From Pristiophorus japonicus (lineage: Eukaryota), in contig NC_091999.1 in NCBI RefSeq assembly GCF_044704955.1, positions 64,976,001 to 65,040,000 on the forward strand: a stretch of DNA of 64,000 nucleotides, in the 5' to 3' direction. The notes beneath the pieces were generated by a model. The model saw nothing but the letters and a program-made list of their open reading frames with translations. It was not told where the DNA came from and did not search any database. Below are positions 1-13,359 of this stretch, one piece after another. The position numbers and the translations under genes were made by a program. Numbering within the stretch: the stretch's first letter is position 1; each line of letters begins with the position of its first letter.

Positions 1-29
1 CATGAAGAGGCTTCCTGTCTGTGAGGGCG

Positions 30-1225
30 GCCTCACTTTGACAGCACACAGACCCACACACACAGAGGACTCATCCTGACAGCACCAAGAACCACACACA
101 GAGGCCTCATCCAATGGCACCAAAACCCACATACAGAGGCTTCACCCTGACAGCACCAAAACCGACACACAGACGCCTCACCCTGACAGCGCCAAGGCCC
201 AAACACGGAGGCTTCATACTGAATGTACCCAGACCCATACAATGATGCCTCACCCTGACTGCACCAAGACCGGCACACAGAGGCCTCACCCAGATCCACA
301 CACAGAGGCCTCACCCTGACAGTGCACAGACCCACACTCAGAGGCCTCACCCTGACAGTACCCACACACAGAGGCCTTAAACTGACAGTACCAAGACCCA
401 CACATAGGGACCTCACCCTGAGAACACCCAGACCCACACACAGAGGCCTCACCCTGACAGCACCAAGACCCAAACAGAGAGGCCTCAACCTGACTGCACC
501 AAGACCCACACACAGAGGCCTCACCCTGACAGCGCCAAGACCCACACACAGCGGCCAGACCCTGAGAACACCCAGACCCACACACAGAGTTCTCACCCTG
601 ACAGCGCCAAGATGCACACACATGGGCCTCACGCAGACAGCACCCAGACCCACACATAGAAGCGTTACCCTGACAGTGCCCACACACAGAGGCCTCGCCC
701 TGACTGGACCCACACACTCAGGCCTCAGCCTGACAGCACTAAGACCCACACACAGAGGTCTCACCCTGACAGCAACAAGACCCACAAACAGAGGCCTCAC
801 CCTGACAGCACCCAGACCGACACACAGAGGCCTTACCCTGACTGTACCCAAACACAGAGGCCTCACCTTGACAGCACCCAGACCCACACACAGAGGCTTT
901 ACCCTGACAGTACCCACACACAGAGGCCTCACCCTGACAGTACCAACACACAGAGGCCTCAACCTGACAGTACCCACACACAGAGGCCTCACCCTGACAG
1001 CATCAAGAACCACACACAGAGACCTCATCCTGTCAGCACCAGGACCAACACACAGAGGCCTCACCCTGACAGCACCAAGACCCACACACAGAGACCTCAC
1101 CCTGACAGTACCCACAAACAGAGGCCTCACCCTGACAGCACTGATACCCACACAAAGAGTCATCAACCTGACAGCTCCGAGACCCACACAGAGAGGCCTC
1201 ACCCTGACAGCACCAAGAACACAAC
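30..1225. repeat. Minisatellite with mixed 36-bp and 30-bp units (cccacacacagaggcctcaccctgacagcaccaaga)
   Basis: About 30 tandem units, translating as PRPTHRGLTLTA (12 aa) or VPTHRGLTLT (10 aa). This explains the long ORFs on both strands. Confidence 0.95.
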
Positions 1226-1420
1226 ACAGATTGCCACTCGTATCATCATTGCAATCACCTGCATTCTAATTTTAAAGATTAAAGCCCAATAAATTATTAG
1301 GGAGTTTAATACGTTCACTAAAGAGCGAGATGGACTGAAGAGGATCACCTAGAAAAAAGAGAGGCGACAAACATAAATTTCCCTCAAGCAGGGTTATTGG
1401 AAAATATATGGCTTTAGTTC

Positions 1421-1452
<32 letters not shown>

Positions 1453-1462
1453 GGAGAGGAGA
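1421..1462. repeat. (GA)n microsatellite
   Basis: Direct reading of the agagagag run. Confidence 0.95.
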
Positions 1463-1547
1463 TTGCTTAAGTCTGAGGCAGAGAGGAGAGAGGTTATGTG
1501 CGTGAGGTTCTGTCTGAGACAAAGGCCGCTACATCTTTTAAAGGATC

Positions 1548-1650
1548 AAATAAAAACAAAAACTGCTGGATATCTCAGCGGGTAAAGGCAGCATCTGTGG
1601 AGAGAGAAACGGAGTTAACGTTTCAGGTCGATGCCCCTTCATCGGAACAT
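1548..1650. mobile_element. Short fragment of an abundant shark interspersed repeat, possibly a Penelope-type terminus
   Basis: aaaactgctggatatctcagcgggtaaaggcagcatctgtggagagagaaacggagttaacgtttcaggtcgat resembles a common shark repeat. The family assignment is from memory only. Confidence 0.4.
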
Positions 1651-1957
1651 CTTTTAAGGGATTGTGGAATGATTGTCAGAAGCAATGATGATACCAAGCT
1701 ATGCAGAGAGAGCGGACCAGTATAATTTGATTTGGGTTATTCCAATACAGGTCCAGCACGGACGACATTGGCCAAGTGGACTATTTCTGTGCAGTGAACA
1801 ACAAAAGCTACATGGTACAATATGATGAAGGGAAGGGACTTATTCAGACATCACGATTAACGCCATTCGCTCACCCACCGAAAAATAATTTATTTCACTT
1901 CCCGTGAATAACTGGACTTGCGCTTTTGCTAAATGACAATATCTTAAAGCCATTCCT

Positions 1958-2236
1958 TTGTGTGGAGCACATTGATGTGTGTGTGGAGCACATTGATGTG
2001 TGTGTGGAACACATTGATGTGTGTGTGGCACATTGATGTGTGTCTGGAGCACATTGATGTGTGTGTGGGGCACATTGATATGTGTGTGGAACACAGTGAT
2101 GTGTGTGTGGCACATTAATGTGTATCTCGAGCACATTGATATGTGTGTGTGTAGGGCACATTGATATGTGTGTGGAACACATTTATATGTGGAGAGCATA
2201 TTGAGGTGTGTGTGTGGAACACTTTGATGTGTGCAT
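1958..2236. repeat. About 21-bp minisatellite (gtgtgtggagcacattgatgt)
   Basis: About 12 tandem units, which produce the THQCAPH ORFs. Confidence 0.9.
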
Positions 2237-2239
2237 GGA

Positions 2240-2590
2240 CGTCCCAAAGCACTTAGCTGCCAATGAAGTTCATTGAACTGTAGTCAGTGATGACATGTGG
2301 GAAACGTAGCAGCCAAAATGAGTGCAGCAAGATCCCACAAACTGCAAGTGATCAATGAGCAGATAATCGATTTTCTCACTGCTGCTTGTTGAGGGAAGTT
2401 ACTGAACAGGACACTGCAGAGAAGTCCCCTGCTCTTCTGCACACTCATGCCATGGGGCATTGTACGTCAATCTGAGGTAGCAGACGGGGCCTCCATTTAA
2501 CTTTTCAACCAGAAGACGGTACCTCGGACAGTGCTGCACTCCCTCAATACTGGCAACAGTAGTGTAGTGCCTGGACTTTGCGTTCAATTC
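2240..2590 (-). mobile_element. Deu-domain SINE (SacSINE1/AmnSINE-like)
   Basis: Reverse complement of the Deu core: gggaaacgtagcagcc...gcaagatcccacaaac...cagacggggcctc...gtgctgcactccctca. Confidence 0.75.
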
Positions 2591-2689
2591 TCTGGATTGC
2601 GAGATTATCCCAAAACTATGTGAGGCCGAGGCAAAAGTGAGACACACGGAGCCTCGGCTGACACTAACAGACGTTGTCTTGAGCAGTGC

Positions 2690-3632
2690 AATGGATACAT
2701 GATCTAATGCAATATTAACAGAGACAGGGTCGAGTGTAAAATAAACAGCGACAATATCTAATGTAATATAAGCAGAGACAGGGTCTTGTGTAATATAAGC
2801 AGAGACAGGGTCTTGTGTAATATAAATAGAGACAGGGTCTAGTGTCATAAAAACAGAGACAGGATCGAGTGTAATATAAACAGAGACAGAGTCTGATGTA
2901 TTATAAACAGAGAGAGAGTCTACTGTAATTTAAACATTGACAGTGTCTCGTGTAATATAAACAGAGACATTGTCTAGTGTGATATAAACGGAGACAGGGT
3001 CTAGTGTGACATAATCAGAGACAATGTCTAATGTAATATAAAAAGAGACAGGGTCTAGTGTAGTAACACAGATACAGGATCTATTGTAATATAAACAAAG
3101 ACAGTGTCTAGAGTAGTATAAACAGAGACAGGGCCCAGTCTAATATAACAGAGAGAGACTCAAGTGTAATATAAACAGTGTCCGTGTCTAGTGTAATATA
3201 AAGGATGACAGGGTCTAGTGTAACACAAAGAGATACACTGTCTAGGGCAATATAAACGGAGACAGGGTATGATGTAATATAAACAGAGACAGAGTCTGAT
3301 GTATTATAAACAGAGAGAAAGTCTAGTGTAATATAAACATTGACAGTGTCTCGTGTAATATAAACAGAGACAGTGTCTAGTGTGATATAAACGGAGACAG
3401 GGTCTAGTGTGACATAATCAGAGACAATGTCTAATGTAATATAAAAAGAGACAGGGTCTAGTGTAGTAACACAGATACAGGAGCTATTGTAATATAAACA
3501 AAGACAGTGTCTAGAGTAGTATAAACAGAGACAGGGTCTAGTGTAACATAAACAGTGACAGAGCCTAGTGTAAAATAAACAGAGACAAGGTCTAGTGTAA
3601 TATAAATAGATACAGTGTCTAGTGTACAATAT
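2690..3632 (+). repeat. 27-bp satellite (agtgtaatataaacagagacagggtct)n
   Basis: About 35 tandem units, read as ITLDPVSVY repeats on the minus strand. Confidence 0.95.
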
Positions 3633-3879
3633 GATCACACAATGTAAAATCAGGTTCCGTGAGTCCTTCTGCCTCTGGAACTTCCAGATATTCCTTATGG
3701 AATCGCCGACACTTTTATAAGGACATAGTGTAAATCCCAGCGTGTGAATGACATCCCAGCCAAGATAAGAGGACTGGCCACTGATAATTAACGGATCGGT
3801 GTAAGTCTGGTCTCAGGCCTTGAACTTCAGACACAATGAGCGGAATAGCAACATTTTAAAATACTAGCTGTGATATGTT

Positions 3880-4315
3880 CAAGTCTCGGCTCAGTGGGAT
3901 CGCTGTCGGTTCTGAAGCAGAATTCACAGATACTGAACCCAACTCCAGGGACCTATGCCCATAATCTATGCCGACACGCCCGGTGCCAGTATTAAAGAAT
4001 TGCTGCAAGGTCAGAGGTGCCGTCTTTCGGGCCCACCTTCCAACTTAATTGGATTTAAAGGATTCATGGCACGATATTAACGAGCGGATGAGTTCTCCAG
4101 GGTTTCTAGGTCAAATATTTAACCCTCAACCAATATGTGAAAAATAGATTATCGGATTAATATTGCATTGCTCTTTGTGGTATCTTGCTGTGCACAACCT
4201 GACTGCCCCATTTCCTACATTGCAACATATACCACACTACCAAGATAATTCATTGGCTGTAAAGTACTTTGGGACAACAGCAGGCCATGATAGGCGATAT
4301 ATAAATGCAAGCTGT
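3880..4315 (+). mobile_element. Deu-domain SINE, part of the duplicated unit
   Basis: tRNA-like head (ggctcagtggg), Deu core (tcttgctgtgcacaa...cattggctgtaaagtactttgggac) and tail atataaatgcaag. Confidence 0.8.
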
Positions 4316-4899
4316 TGCTAAATGTCAACATTTAAAAATACAAGTTGCAATATGTGGAATGCTCAGATATTACTATGATTGTAGGACATCCTCTGGTCAA
4401 TGGTTTAACATGTTTATTTTCAATGGGTTAAATCTTCCACTAAATGGAGATCCAGTGGAGTCGCAGCCTGTTCAGAGATGTTCCACTGATTCCGGCAGCA
4501 GAATTTTTAGAACTTAATGATTTATTTTTATATTTATATCCTTTGATAAAAATCACATCTGTCCTAATTGAACAAAACTGAACCGAACTCACTGTTCGAC
4601 ATATTTCTACTAATGTTGTATCAACTGTTAATATTCTTACAATAAGTCCTTGTTGTGAGTTGAAACTAATCAATTCATTACTCTGTTGATCTAATGCTGC
4701 TGCCATGAACACTTCATGGGAACCAGTGAGTCGTTTATCTAAATAATCACAGAAGTAGAAGTCGCAGATTAGAGTATTGAGCGACAGAAACACAACAAAT
4801 GTGTTCCCACCAACACAGCACAGCAAAGATAGAGCGAAATGCAAATCTCTCTACAGATTCCAGCAACAATTGTTTTTTGATACATTTCTCTAATGATCT

Positions 4900-5235
4900 G
4901 GGTGTTTTTGAATGGGTAATGTAGAGGGATCTGTACACTGTATCTAACCCATGCTGTACCAGCCCTTGGCGTGTTTGATGGGACTGTGGAGATAGAGCTT
5001 TACACTGTATCTAACTCGTGCTGTATCTGCCCTGGGAATATTTGATGGGACAGTGTGCAGAGAGCTTTATTCTGTATCTCACCCATGCTGTACCTGCCCT
5101 GGGAGTGTTTGATGGAACGGTGTAGGGAGAGCATTACTCTGCATCTGACACGTGCTGTACCTGCCCTGGGAGTGTTTGATGGAACGGAGTAGAGAGAGCA
5201 TTACTCTGTATGTGACACATGCTGTACCTGCCCTG
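4900..5235 (+). repeat. 67-bp satellite (gggagtgtttgatgggacagtgtagagggagctttactctgtatctaacccgtgctgtacctgccct)
   Basis: Unit starts at 5101 and 5168 give a period of 67. About 5 copies. Confidence 0.9.
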
Positions 5236-5509
5236 TATGTTACAGAGTTTAGTACAGTAATAGTTGAGGCAGGGTCAAGTTTAATATAAACAGAGGCATG
5301 GTCTAGTTTTTTAACATGAACGAATGGTGCTAGTGTAATATAAACAGTGTCTTTGTCTAGTTTACTATAGACATGGTCTTGAGTAATAGGAACAAAGGCA
5401 TGGCATATTCCAGTAATATCTGAGACAGGGCCTAATACAATATTAGTAGCTCTAGTGTAGTAAAACTGAAATAGGACCTAGTGCAGTAATTGCTGATACA
5501 GGGACAATG

Positions 5510-5900
5510 TTGTATTCATTCCTAGCATGTCGGTGTCACTGGAAAGAACCCAAATTGGCCTTGAAAAGCAGGTGGTGAGCTGCGACCTTGAACCGCTACA
5601 GTCCGTGTGGTGAACGTAGTGCCTCAGTGTTAGGATGAGGGTTCCACGTTTTTGACCCAGCAATTATGAAGGAACGGTAATAAATTTCCAAGTCAGAATG
5701 GTGTGTGATTTGTATGGGTACGTGGAGATGATGGTGTTGCCACGAGACCGATGCCCTTGTGCTTCTAGGTGGACGAGGTCGTAGGTTTAGAAAGTGCTGT
5801 CGAAGATGTCTTGGCGAGTTGCTGCAATGCATCTTGTAGATAATACTCACTACTGACATGATGCGCCAGTGATGGTGGTAGTGAATATCTAATGGTTGGG
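5510..5900 (-). mobile_element. 3' fragment of a shark LINE-like element (paralogues at ~16830-17235 and ~33695-34110)
   Basis: ggtggtgagctgcgaccttgaaccgctacagtccgtgtggtg...ccaagtcagaatggtgtgtg is present at the same position in three unit copies. Confidence 0.6.
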
Positions 5901-5964
5901 GTAATATAAACAGGAACAGGGTCTCGGAGAGTAATAACTGTGAAAGGCTCTGGTGTATTATACA

Positions 5965-7100
5965 ATCATAGAATGGTTACAGCAGAAAATAGAGTTATTC
6001 GGCCCATATAGTCCATGACGTTCTGTGCAAGAGCAGTTCAACTAGTCCACTCCCCCGCCCTTTCCCGTAGCCCTGTGAATTTTCTTCCTTCATGTATTTA
6101 ACGAATTCTCTTTGCAGTGCTATGATTCACTCTGCCTCCAGCACCCTGTCAGGCAGTGCATTCCAGATCCTAACCACTCGCTGCGTAAAAACGTTTTCCT
6201 CATTTCGCCTTTGGTTCTCCTGCCAATCACCTTAAATCTGTGTCCTCTGTTCTCGACTCTTACGCCAATAGTAACAGTTTCTCTCCAGCAACTCTGTCTA
6301 AACCCCTTATGATTCTGAAAACCTCTCTCAAATCTCATCTCCACCTTCTCTGCTCTAGGGAAAACAATCCCAGCTTCTCCAGTCTCTCCACATAACTGAA
6401 GTACCTTATCCGTGGAACCACACGTAAACCTTTTCTGCACCCTTTCTAAGGCCTTCACATCCTTCCTAAAGTGCAATGCCCATAAGTGGACACAATACTC
6501 CGGTTGAGGCCTAACCAGTGTTTTATACAGGATGATCATTGCTTTTGTGTTCTATGCCACTATTCATGAAGCCCAGTATCCCGTATGCTTTTTAAATCAC
6601 CTTCTCAACCTGCCCTGTCACCTTCTATAATTTGTGCACACATACCCCCAGTCTATCTGTTCATCAAGCCATTTAGCATTCTACCTTTTCGTTTAATTTG
6701 CCTCTCCTTCTTCCGATCAAAATGTATAACTTCAAAATGTTCTCCGTTTTATTGACATGTGTCCACCCATTCTATCAGATGTCTACGTCCTTTGCAATCA
6801 TCACTATCGTCTTCACTGTTCACTAGGCTTCCAAGCTTTGATACACCTGAAAATGTTGAAATTGTGTCCCATACATCAAAATCCATGTCATGAATGTAAA
6901 TCAAGCGAAGCAGAGTTCCTATTACCAGCCGCTGCGGAGCACCACTTTTTCCCTTCCCCTGGTCCAAAAAAACACTACTCGCTGATTCCTGACACTCAAT
7001 CAATTTCATATCCATGATGCCACTGTATGTATTATTCTTTTGGCTTCAACATTGATGGCAAGGATATTATCAAGGCACTTTATGGAAGTGGATCACATCA
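5965..7100 (-). mobile_element. CR1 LINE 3' fragment (RT), ancestral to the duplicated unit
   Basis: LYKTLVRPQPEYCVHLWALHFRKDVKALERVQKRF and a degraded SGxPQ...FADD region. Confidence 0.9.
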
Positions 7101-8119
7101 ACCATATAAACGGAGACTGGATCTTGTGCAGTAAAAGCTGCGACGGGGTCTGGTGTAAAGAGAGAAACAATAAGTTAGATAATTGCAGATTTACTAACCT
7201 CATGCCAGGTAAAGGTACATTTTCATTTTTACCATCACTTACACACAGGAGGTAAATCTGAGGACATTCTGTGTAATAGTGAGGCGATTACTGGATAGTA
7301 AAGCGCAGAGACTGGTGGATGACTGCTCGTCGATGTGATTTAATCTGCTTGCCCACTGAATACTGGGGACAGACTTGGTCACCTTAGTAAAAGAATGGTC
7401 AGTGCGACATCACTTTCTATACAAGAGCACACAAGACATGGGTTATCAGTAAATGGTAATGGTAGCAATTGCGTTTTGAATAATATTAAATGCTGAAAAA
7501 TAATGGTTGAAGCTTATCATTTATCTTTGTGGCATGCACACATTATAAATGATGTGTTTTGTATACACACACATACACACATATACAAACACATACTCTT
7601 TCAGTTGTTCATCTTAACCACATGCGACACATTTTCCGGTGGATATTAGGACCCCGCGGCCGCCCATCCAACAGTGCTGCGACGTCACAGGTCCAGGCTC
7701 TGTCTGACACAATCAGTGTGTAACGTGACAGCTAAATAGCAAATACTGGATGAAAAAGGAATCCTTAACATTAAAGAACAGGGGGAAATTGGCACAGGAC
7801 AAAACAAGTGTGAATTAGTAACCTTTAACACACAGAGTGCCACAAGTAGTCCAAAGTGCAACGAATTGCTGACCTGCAATCCTGTCCCTTAATCCCAGTC
7901 CATCTCTGGAAAATGGTTCACCCCATCCTCTCAACACAAGTACTACCGCCACAATATAAGATCAATTACTAATTGCACACAGCTGTTGCTAGCTGTTAAC
8001 TCAATTAAACATATATTTCAAACCAACAAAATATTGTATTCTCACGCCCACACAAACATACAACTTTATTTATATGAATATCTATCGATCCATCTTTAAA
8101 TCATCTGCCTATGTAACAG

Positions 8120-8895
8120 ACGCATGGTCAAGTGCAGAAATAACTGCAGCAGGGTCTGTTGTATAATAAATAGAGACAGCGTTCGGTGCACTACTATTTT
8201 AGAAAAGGTTTAGTGTAAGATGAAGAGGGACGGTGTATATTCTAATATATTTCAGACATTGTCTATGTCAGGAATAACTGAGAAAGGGCGTAGTATAGTA
8301 TAAACAGAGATAGCAGCTAGTGCAATATAAACAGAGACAAGGTCTCGTGTAATAGAAACATGGACAGGGTCTGGTATAATATAAAGAGAGGTAGGGCCTA
8401 GTGTAATATAAAGAGCAGCAGGTCTACTGTAATATAAACAGGGACAGGGCCTTGTGTAATGCAAATAGAGACAGGGTCTAGTGTAATATAAACATCGTCA
8501 GAGTCGAGTGTATTATAAACAGAGACAGGGTCTGGTGTAATATAAAAATCGTCAGGGTCTAGTGTAAAAGAAACAGAGACAGGGTCTAGTGTAACATAAA
8601 CAGAAAAGGGGATAGTTAATATAATCAGAGACATAATCTAGTGTAATATAAACAGAGACAGAGTAGAGTGTAATAGAAAGAAAGAAGGAGTCTAGTGTAA
8701 TATAAAGAGAGACAGAGTCTAGTGTAATATAAAAAGAAACACGGTCTAATGTAATATAAACAGAGACAGGGTCTTGAGTGATGTAAACAGAGACAGGATC
8801 GAGTGTAAATTATATAGAAACAGGGTCTAATGTAATATAAACAGAAACACGGTCTAATGTTATATAAACAGAGAGAGAATATTTAACAGGGTCCA
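8120..8895 (+). repeat. 27-bp satellite array
   Basis: Tandem gtgtaatataaacagagacagggtcta units. Confidence 0.9.
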
Positions 8896-8974
8896 GGGCA
8901 TCAATGACCAAGACAGGGACTGCAGGGAGGATTAGCCAACTGACCATTCAACTGGCGGTAGTAAAAATAAATGT

Positions 8975-9885
8975 TGTGTACGAAAGAAAATTGTCAGGAA
9001 GACACTAAAAATTATACAATGGGATATAGACAGGCTTATTGAGTGGGCAAAAATTTGGCAGACGATGTATAATGTGGGAAAATGTGAGATTATCCACTTT
9101 GGCAGAATAAAATAAAATAGTACATTATAATTGAAACGGAGAAAAATTGCTAAGTGCTGTGGTACAGAAGGACCTGGGGGTACTTGTGCATGAAACACAA
9201 AAAGTTAGCATGCAGGTACAGCACTAATCAGGAAGGCAAATGGAACGTTAGCCTTTATTGCAAGGAGGATAGCGTGTAAAAGCAAAAATGCCCTGCTACA
9301 ACTGAACAATGTATTGGTGAGGCCATACCTGGAGTACTGCTTCCAGTTTTGGTCTCCGTATTTAAGGAGGGATATACTTGCATTGGAGGCTGTTCAGAGA
9401 AGGTTCACTTGGCTAATTCCGAAGATGAGGTTGCTGTCATATGAAGAAAGATTGAATACGTTGGGCCTATACTTGTTGGAATTCAGACGAATGAGAGTTT
9501 TTTTTTTAATCGAAATATATAAGACAATGAGGGGGCTCAACAAGGTGGATGCAGAGAGGATAATGCCACTCATAGGGGAAACTAAACCTATGGGGCTTTT
9601 TCTCAGAATAAGGGGCTGTCCAGTTCAAATTGAGATTAGGAGGAATTTATTCTCTTAGAGGGTTGTAAAGCTGTGGAATTTTCTGCCAGAAAGAACTGTG
9701 GAGGCTGGGACATTGAATATATGTGAGACGGAGATAGACAGGTCTTTGAGTGATAAGGGAATAAAGGGTTATGGGGAGCGTGCAGTGAAGTGGAGCTGCC
9801 ATGAATAAATGGCAGAGTAGGCTCGAGGAGCCAAATGGCCTAAACCTGCTCCTATTAATTATGTTCTTATGTTCTTATATTCTTA
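8975..9885 (+). mobile_element. CR1 LINE 3' end
   Basis: VRPYLEYCFQFWSPYLRRDILALEAVQRRFT and a (ttatgttc)n tail at ~9858-9884. Confidence 0.92.
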
Positions 9886-10004
9886 GGTCCAAGCGCGATT
9901 TAAAAAGATTCCTTATCCAGTGCAATAATCACTGCGGCAGGATCTCGTGTTCTATAAACAGAGACGGGTCTTAGTGTAAGTTCCACCGACACATGATGTC
10001 GTTA

Positions 10005-10800
10005 TAGAATCACAGAATGGAAGAATGATGCAGCAGATAAAGTGCACATTCATTCCACTTGTGCCTGTGCCGGCACTAAGTTGAAACAGCTAAGCAATTG
10101 GTCCCACTTCCCTGCTATTTCACAATATCTTTGCATTTATTCAAATACAATTATTTACCCAATTCCCTTTTCAAATTTATTACGGGAATTGCTTCCAAAA
10201 CCCAAACAGGTAGTGTATTCCAGATCATAACAGCTCGCTGAATATTTCTTTTTCCTCATTTCGCCTCTGGCTCTTTTGCCAAGTTCCTTAAATCTGTATT
10301 CTCTGGTTACAGACCCGTCGGCGAATAGAAAATTATCTTCTTAGCTAAAGTATCAGAACCATTCAAGAACTTGAACTTGTTTATCAAAGCTCCATTAAGA
10401 CTTCTCTGAGCTAATGACAGCAATCCCAATGCCCCGAGTGTTTTCACCTAACTGAAGTCTTTCATCCAAGGTACTATTCTAGTAAATTCCCGCTGCACCA
10501 TTTCCAAGGCCGTTCAATCGTTCCTAAAATGCGGCGCTCACAATTACCAATGTTGTACCAATGCTTAACAATAAGTTCATTGCAGTTGCACGCTATATCT
10601 CTATTTATAAAAACGAAAGATAGTGTATATCTTCTGCATTTCAGATCAGAACAACTAGCTATATTAAAACATCTCCTCATCTCCCTTCAGTTTTTTTTTG
10701 CAAATTATCTTAAATCTGTGTCCTCTGGTTCCCGACACTCCTGTAAGTGTAAACAGTGTCTCATTATCAACCCTATCAAATCCCTTCATAAAGCGAAGGC
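10005..10800 (-). mobile_element. Old degenerate CR1 fragments
   Basis: atagaatcacagaat tail and degraded RT C-terminal DNA. Confidence 0.6.
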
Positions 10801-11019
10801 TATAACAGGCAGAAGCGTTATTTTCTGATTGTTACCAGAGATTGATTGGTAGATTTTGTTTTGGTTAGAATATTAAGGGTGACGGAACCAGTGCTGGTCG
10901 ATGCAGTTAAAATGCTGATCATGCGACATCTGATTGAATAGAGGCATGGTATACTTCAGTACTAATTGAGAAAGCCGATTGTGAAATTTAAACAGAAGAA
11001 TGGTCTTATCCATTAATAA

Positions 11020-11850
11020 CAGAGACAAGACCGAGAGCAATACAAAGAGGGGACATCGTCTAGTGTAGTAATAACTGCGACAGTGCCTAGTGTAATATAG
11101 AGACATGGTGTAGATTTTAATAACTGAGATTGTCCAGTGTACTATAAATACAGACATTGCCTAGTGCATTATAACTGAGGCAAAGTTTTTCGTAATATGA
11201 GAGATACATAGTCGATTGCAGAAATAAATGAGACATTATTTAATCTGAGATTATATGAACATAGACACGGCCCAGTGCAGTAATAACTGAGACAGGACAT
11301 CGTGTAATATAAACTGAGACAAGGCTGAATGAAATGTAATCACAGGCATTGTCTAGTGCAGTGATAACTGAGACAGGGCCTAGTGTAATATAAAGAGACA
11401 CGTGTTATCACGCAGTACTAAGAGAGAGCCTTGTGTAATATAAACAGAGACATGGCTTAGTACAATAATAACTGAGACATTCCCCAGTGTAATATTAACA
11501 GATATAGAACATAGTGTAATACAACTTGTTACCGGGTCTAGTGCAATGATAAGTGAGGCAGGACATTGTGAAATATAAAAAAAAACAGAATCTAGTATAG
11601 TACTTACGGAGACAAGACCTAGTGTAATATAACAGGGACATGGTCTAGTGCAGTAATAACTGAGACATTGTCTCATGTAACATAAACAGGGAAATTATAT
11701 CTGATCATAACTCTGTTTATATTACATAAGTCCCTATCTCACTTATTACTGAAACAGGTAATTTTCTGTTTATATAACTGAGGACTTGGTTTATATTAGA
11801 CTAGGCCCTGGCTGAGTTATACTGCACTAAACAATGTCTCTGTTTGAGAA
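11020..11850. repeat. Degenerate 27-bp satellite that switches orientation at ~11700
   Basis: Plus-orientation units run to ~11700, then reverse-complement units (ctctgtttatattaca..., tttatattagactaggccctg). Confidence 0.8.
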
Positions 11851-12804
11851 CATAATATTTAGGAGCAAATATGAGCCATTCGGTCCCTCAAGCATATCCG
11901 CCATTCAATAAGAACATGGTTGGTCTTCGACGTCAACTCCAGAGTAATTGAAGTCCCTCATGCCAGTTACTAATCTACTACATCTCCTCTTAACCATTTC
12001 TGCTCTAAGAAGAACAATCCCATCTTCTCCGGTCTCTCCACATTAAATGAAACCCCTCATGCAGATGCCAATCTACTACATACCCTCTTAACCAATTCTG
12101 CTCTCAGGAGAACAACCCCGGTTTCTCTGGTCTTTCCACATAATTGTATTCGCTCGTCCCTGTTGCGTTTCCAGTAAATCTCTTCTGTACCCTCTCGAAA
12201 ATCTTCACGTCCTTCCTAAAGTGTGGTACCCAGAATTGGACACAATACTGCAGCTGGGACGGAACTCATGTTTCTAGTCATTCATTCTTGGTAGCAAACT
12301 GGTAAATCTCTCTTCACCCTGCTGTCGGGAGAACAGCCTCAGCTTCTCCACGTCTGTCCACATAGCGAGAGCTTGTGTCCCAGCATCCCGTATACACAAT
12401 GGCAGCGAGCTCCAGGCGGGTACTGGCCCATCGTCAATAGTAAGAAGGGTGATGAAAAAGAGCAGCTGAAAGTCGACCACGTCTTGAAACAAATGTATTT
12501 TTTTTAATTTAAAAAAAGTATAAATAACCTGACTGGCCCAACAAGAATTTCTACCCTGCGCCAGTTCCCAACCAACTGCCTCTCCGGAAACGTCAAAATT
12601 TTATTCATGTCAGGTTTTTAGGGGAGGGTGGGTGGGGTGTGAGCAGGGGGGGGGTTAAATATTTATATTTGCCATCGCTGTCTCTCTTATTTCTTTACAT
12701 ATATGAAAGCTCGGTGAAGGAATTGGGTGCAGAAAATTCCAGCTGAGGCATCTCCATCGATGGAAGCAAAAACACTGCAAAGGAAAAATAAGGATAATTT
12801 GGGC

Positions 12805-12990
12805 TGAGGGAGCCATTGAGGGAGGAAGGAGTGTAGCAATGGAGGGGTGAAGTCAAGGAGGGGTGGAGCGATGGACAACGGGAGCGAAGGATGGGTATAG
12901 GGAGGGTGCAATTGATGGAGGGAGGGGTGAGGAGAGGGAGGGAAGGAGAGATTGGTGGAGGGTGGGAGGGATGGTGGGAGTCAGTGATGG
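12805..12990. repeat. GGAG/GGAT purine-rich low-complexity tract (paralogue at 31290-31485)
   Basis: Direct reading. Confidence 0.8.
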
Positions 12991-13359
12991 AGTATCTCCC
13001 AATTTACCCGATTAAAACATTTAAAGATTTTGAACACTTCTATTAAGTGGCCCATAACTTGCTTGGTTCTGAGGAGAACAGTTTCAGCTTCCAGCTGCTC
13101 TGATGATGCAGTTCACATAGTGTAAAACTCAGGTTCCGTGAGTCCTTCTGCCTCGGGCACTTCCAGATGTTGCTTGTGGAATGATTGAGACTTTTATATG
13201 GACCCGGTGTAAATCCCAGTGTGGGAATGACATCCTAAGCAAGGTAAGGGAACTCGCCCCTGATAATAAACGGGTCGATGTAAGACTGGGCTCAGGCCCT
13301 GAACTTCAGACATGATGAGCTGAATGACAGCATTTTAAAATACAAGCTGTGATATGTTC

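Larger units (their letters stand above)
3636..7990 (+). pseudogene. Unidentified decayed gene, copy A: exon-like blocks E3 ~3636-3764, E4 from 4367, E5 ~7160-7455, E6 7605-~7990
   Basis: The blocks align with copies B, C and D. Splice-like borders are ctcag|ATA at 4367, AATG|gtaatg at 7455 and tttcag|TT at 7605. Many stops and indels. Confidence 0.55.

Noticed and set aside
2399-3638. ITLDPVSVY-repeat ORFs, also at 8252-8634, 11380-11676 and 44435-44626
   Set aside because: They are translations of the 27-bp satellite.
3880-3960. tRNA-like sequence
   Set aside because: It is the degenerate head of a Deu SINE, not a tRNA gene.
12701-12782. Alternative E2 frame LIDGSRNTAK resembling a DTW-domain motif
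   Set aside because: That frame has a shared internal stop in both copies and does not fit the splice phase of E3.
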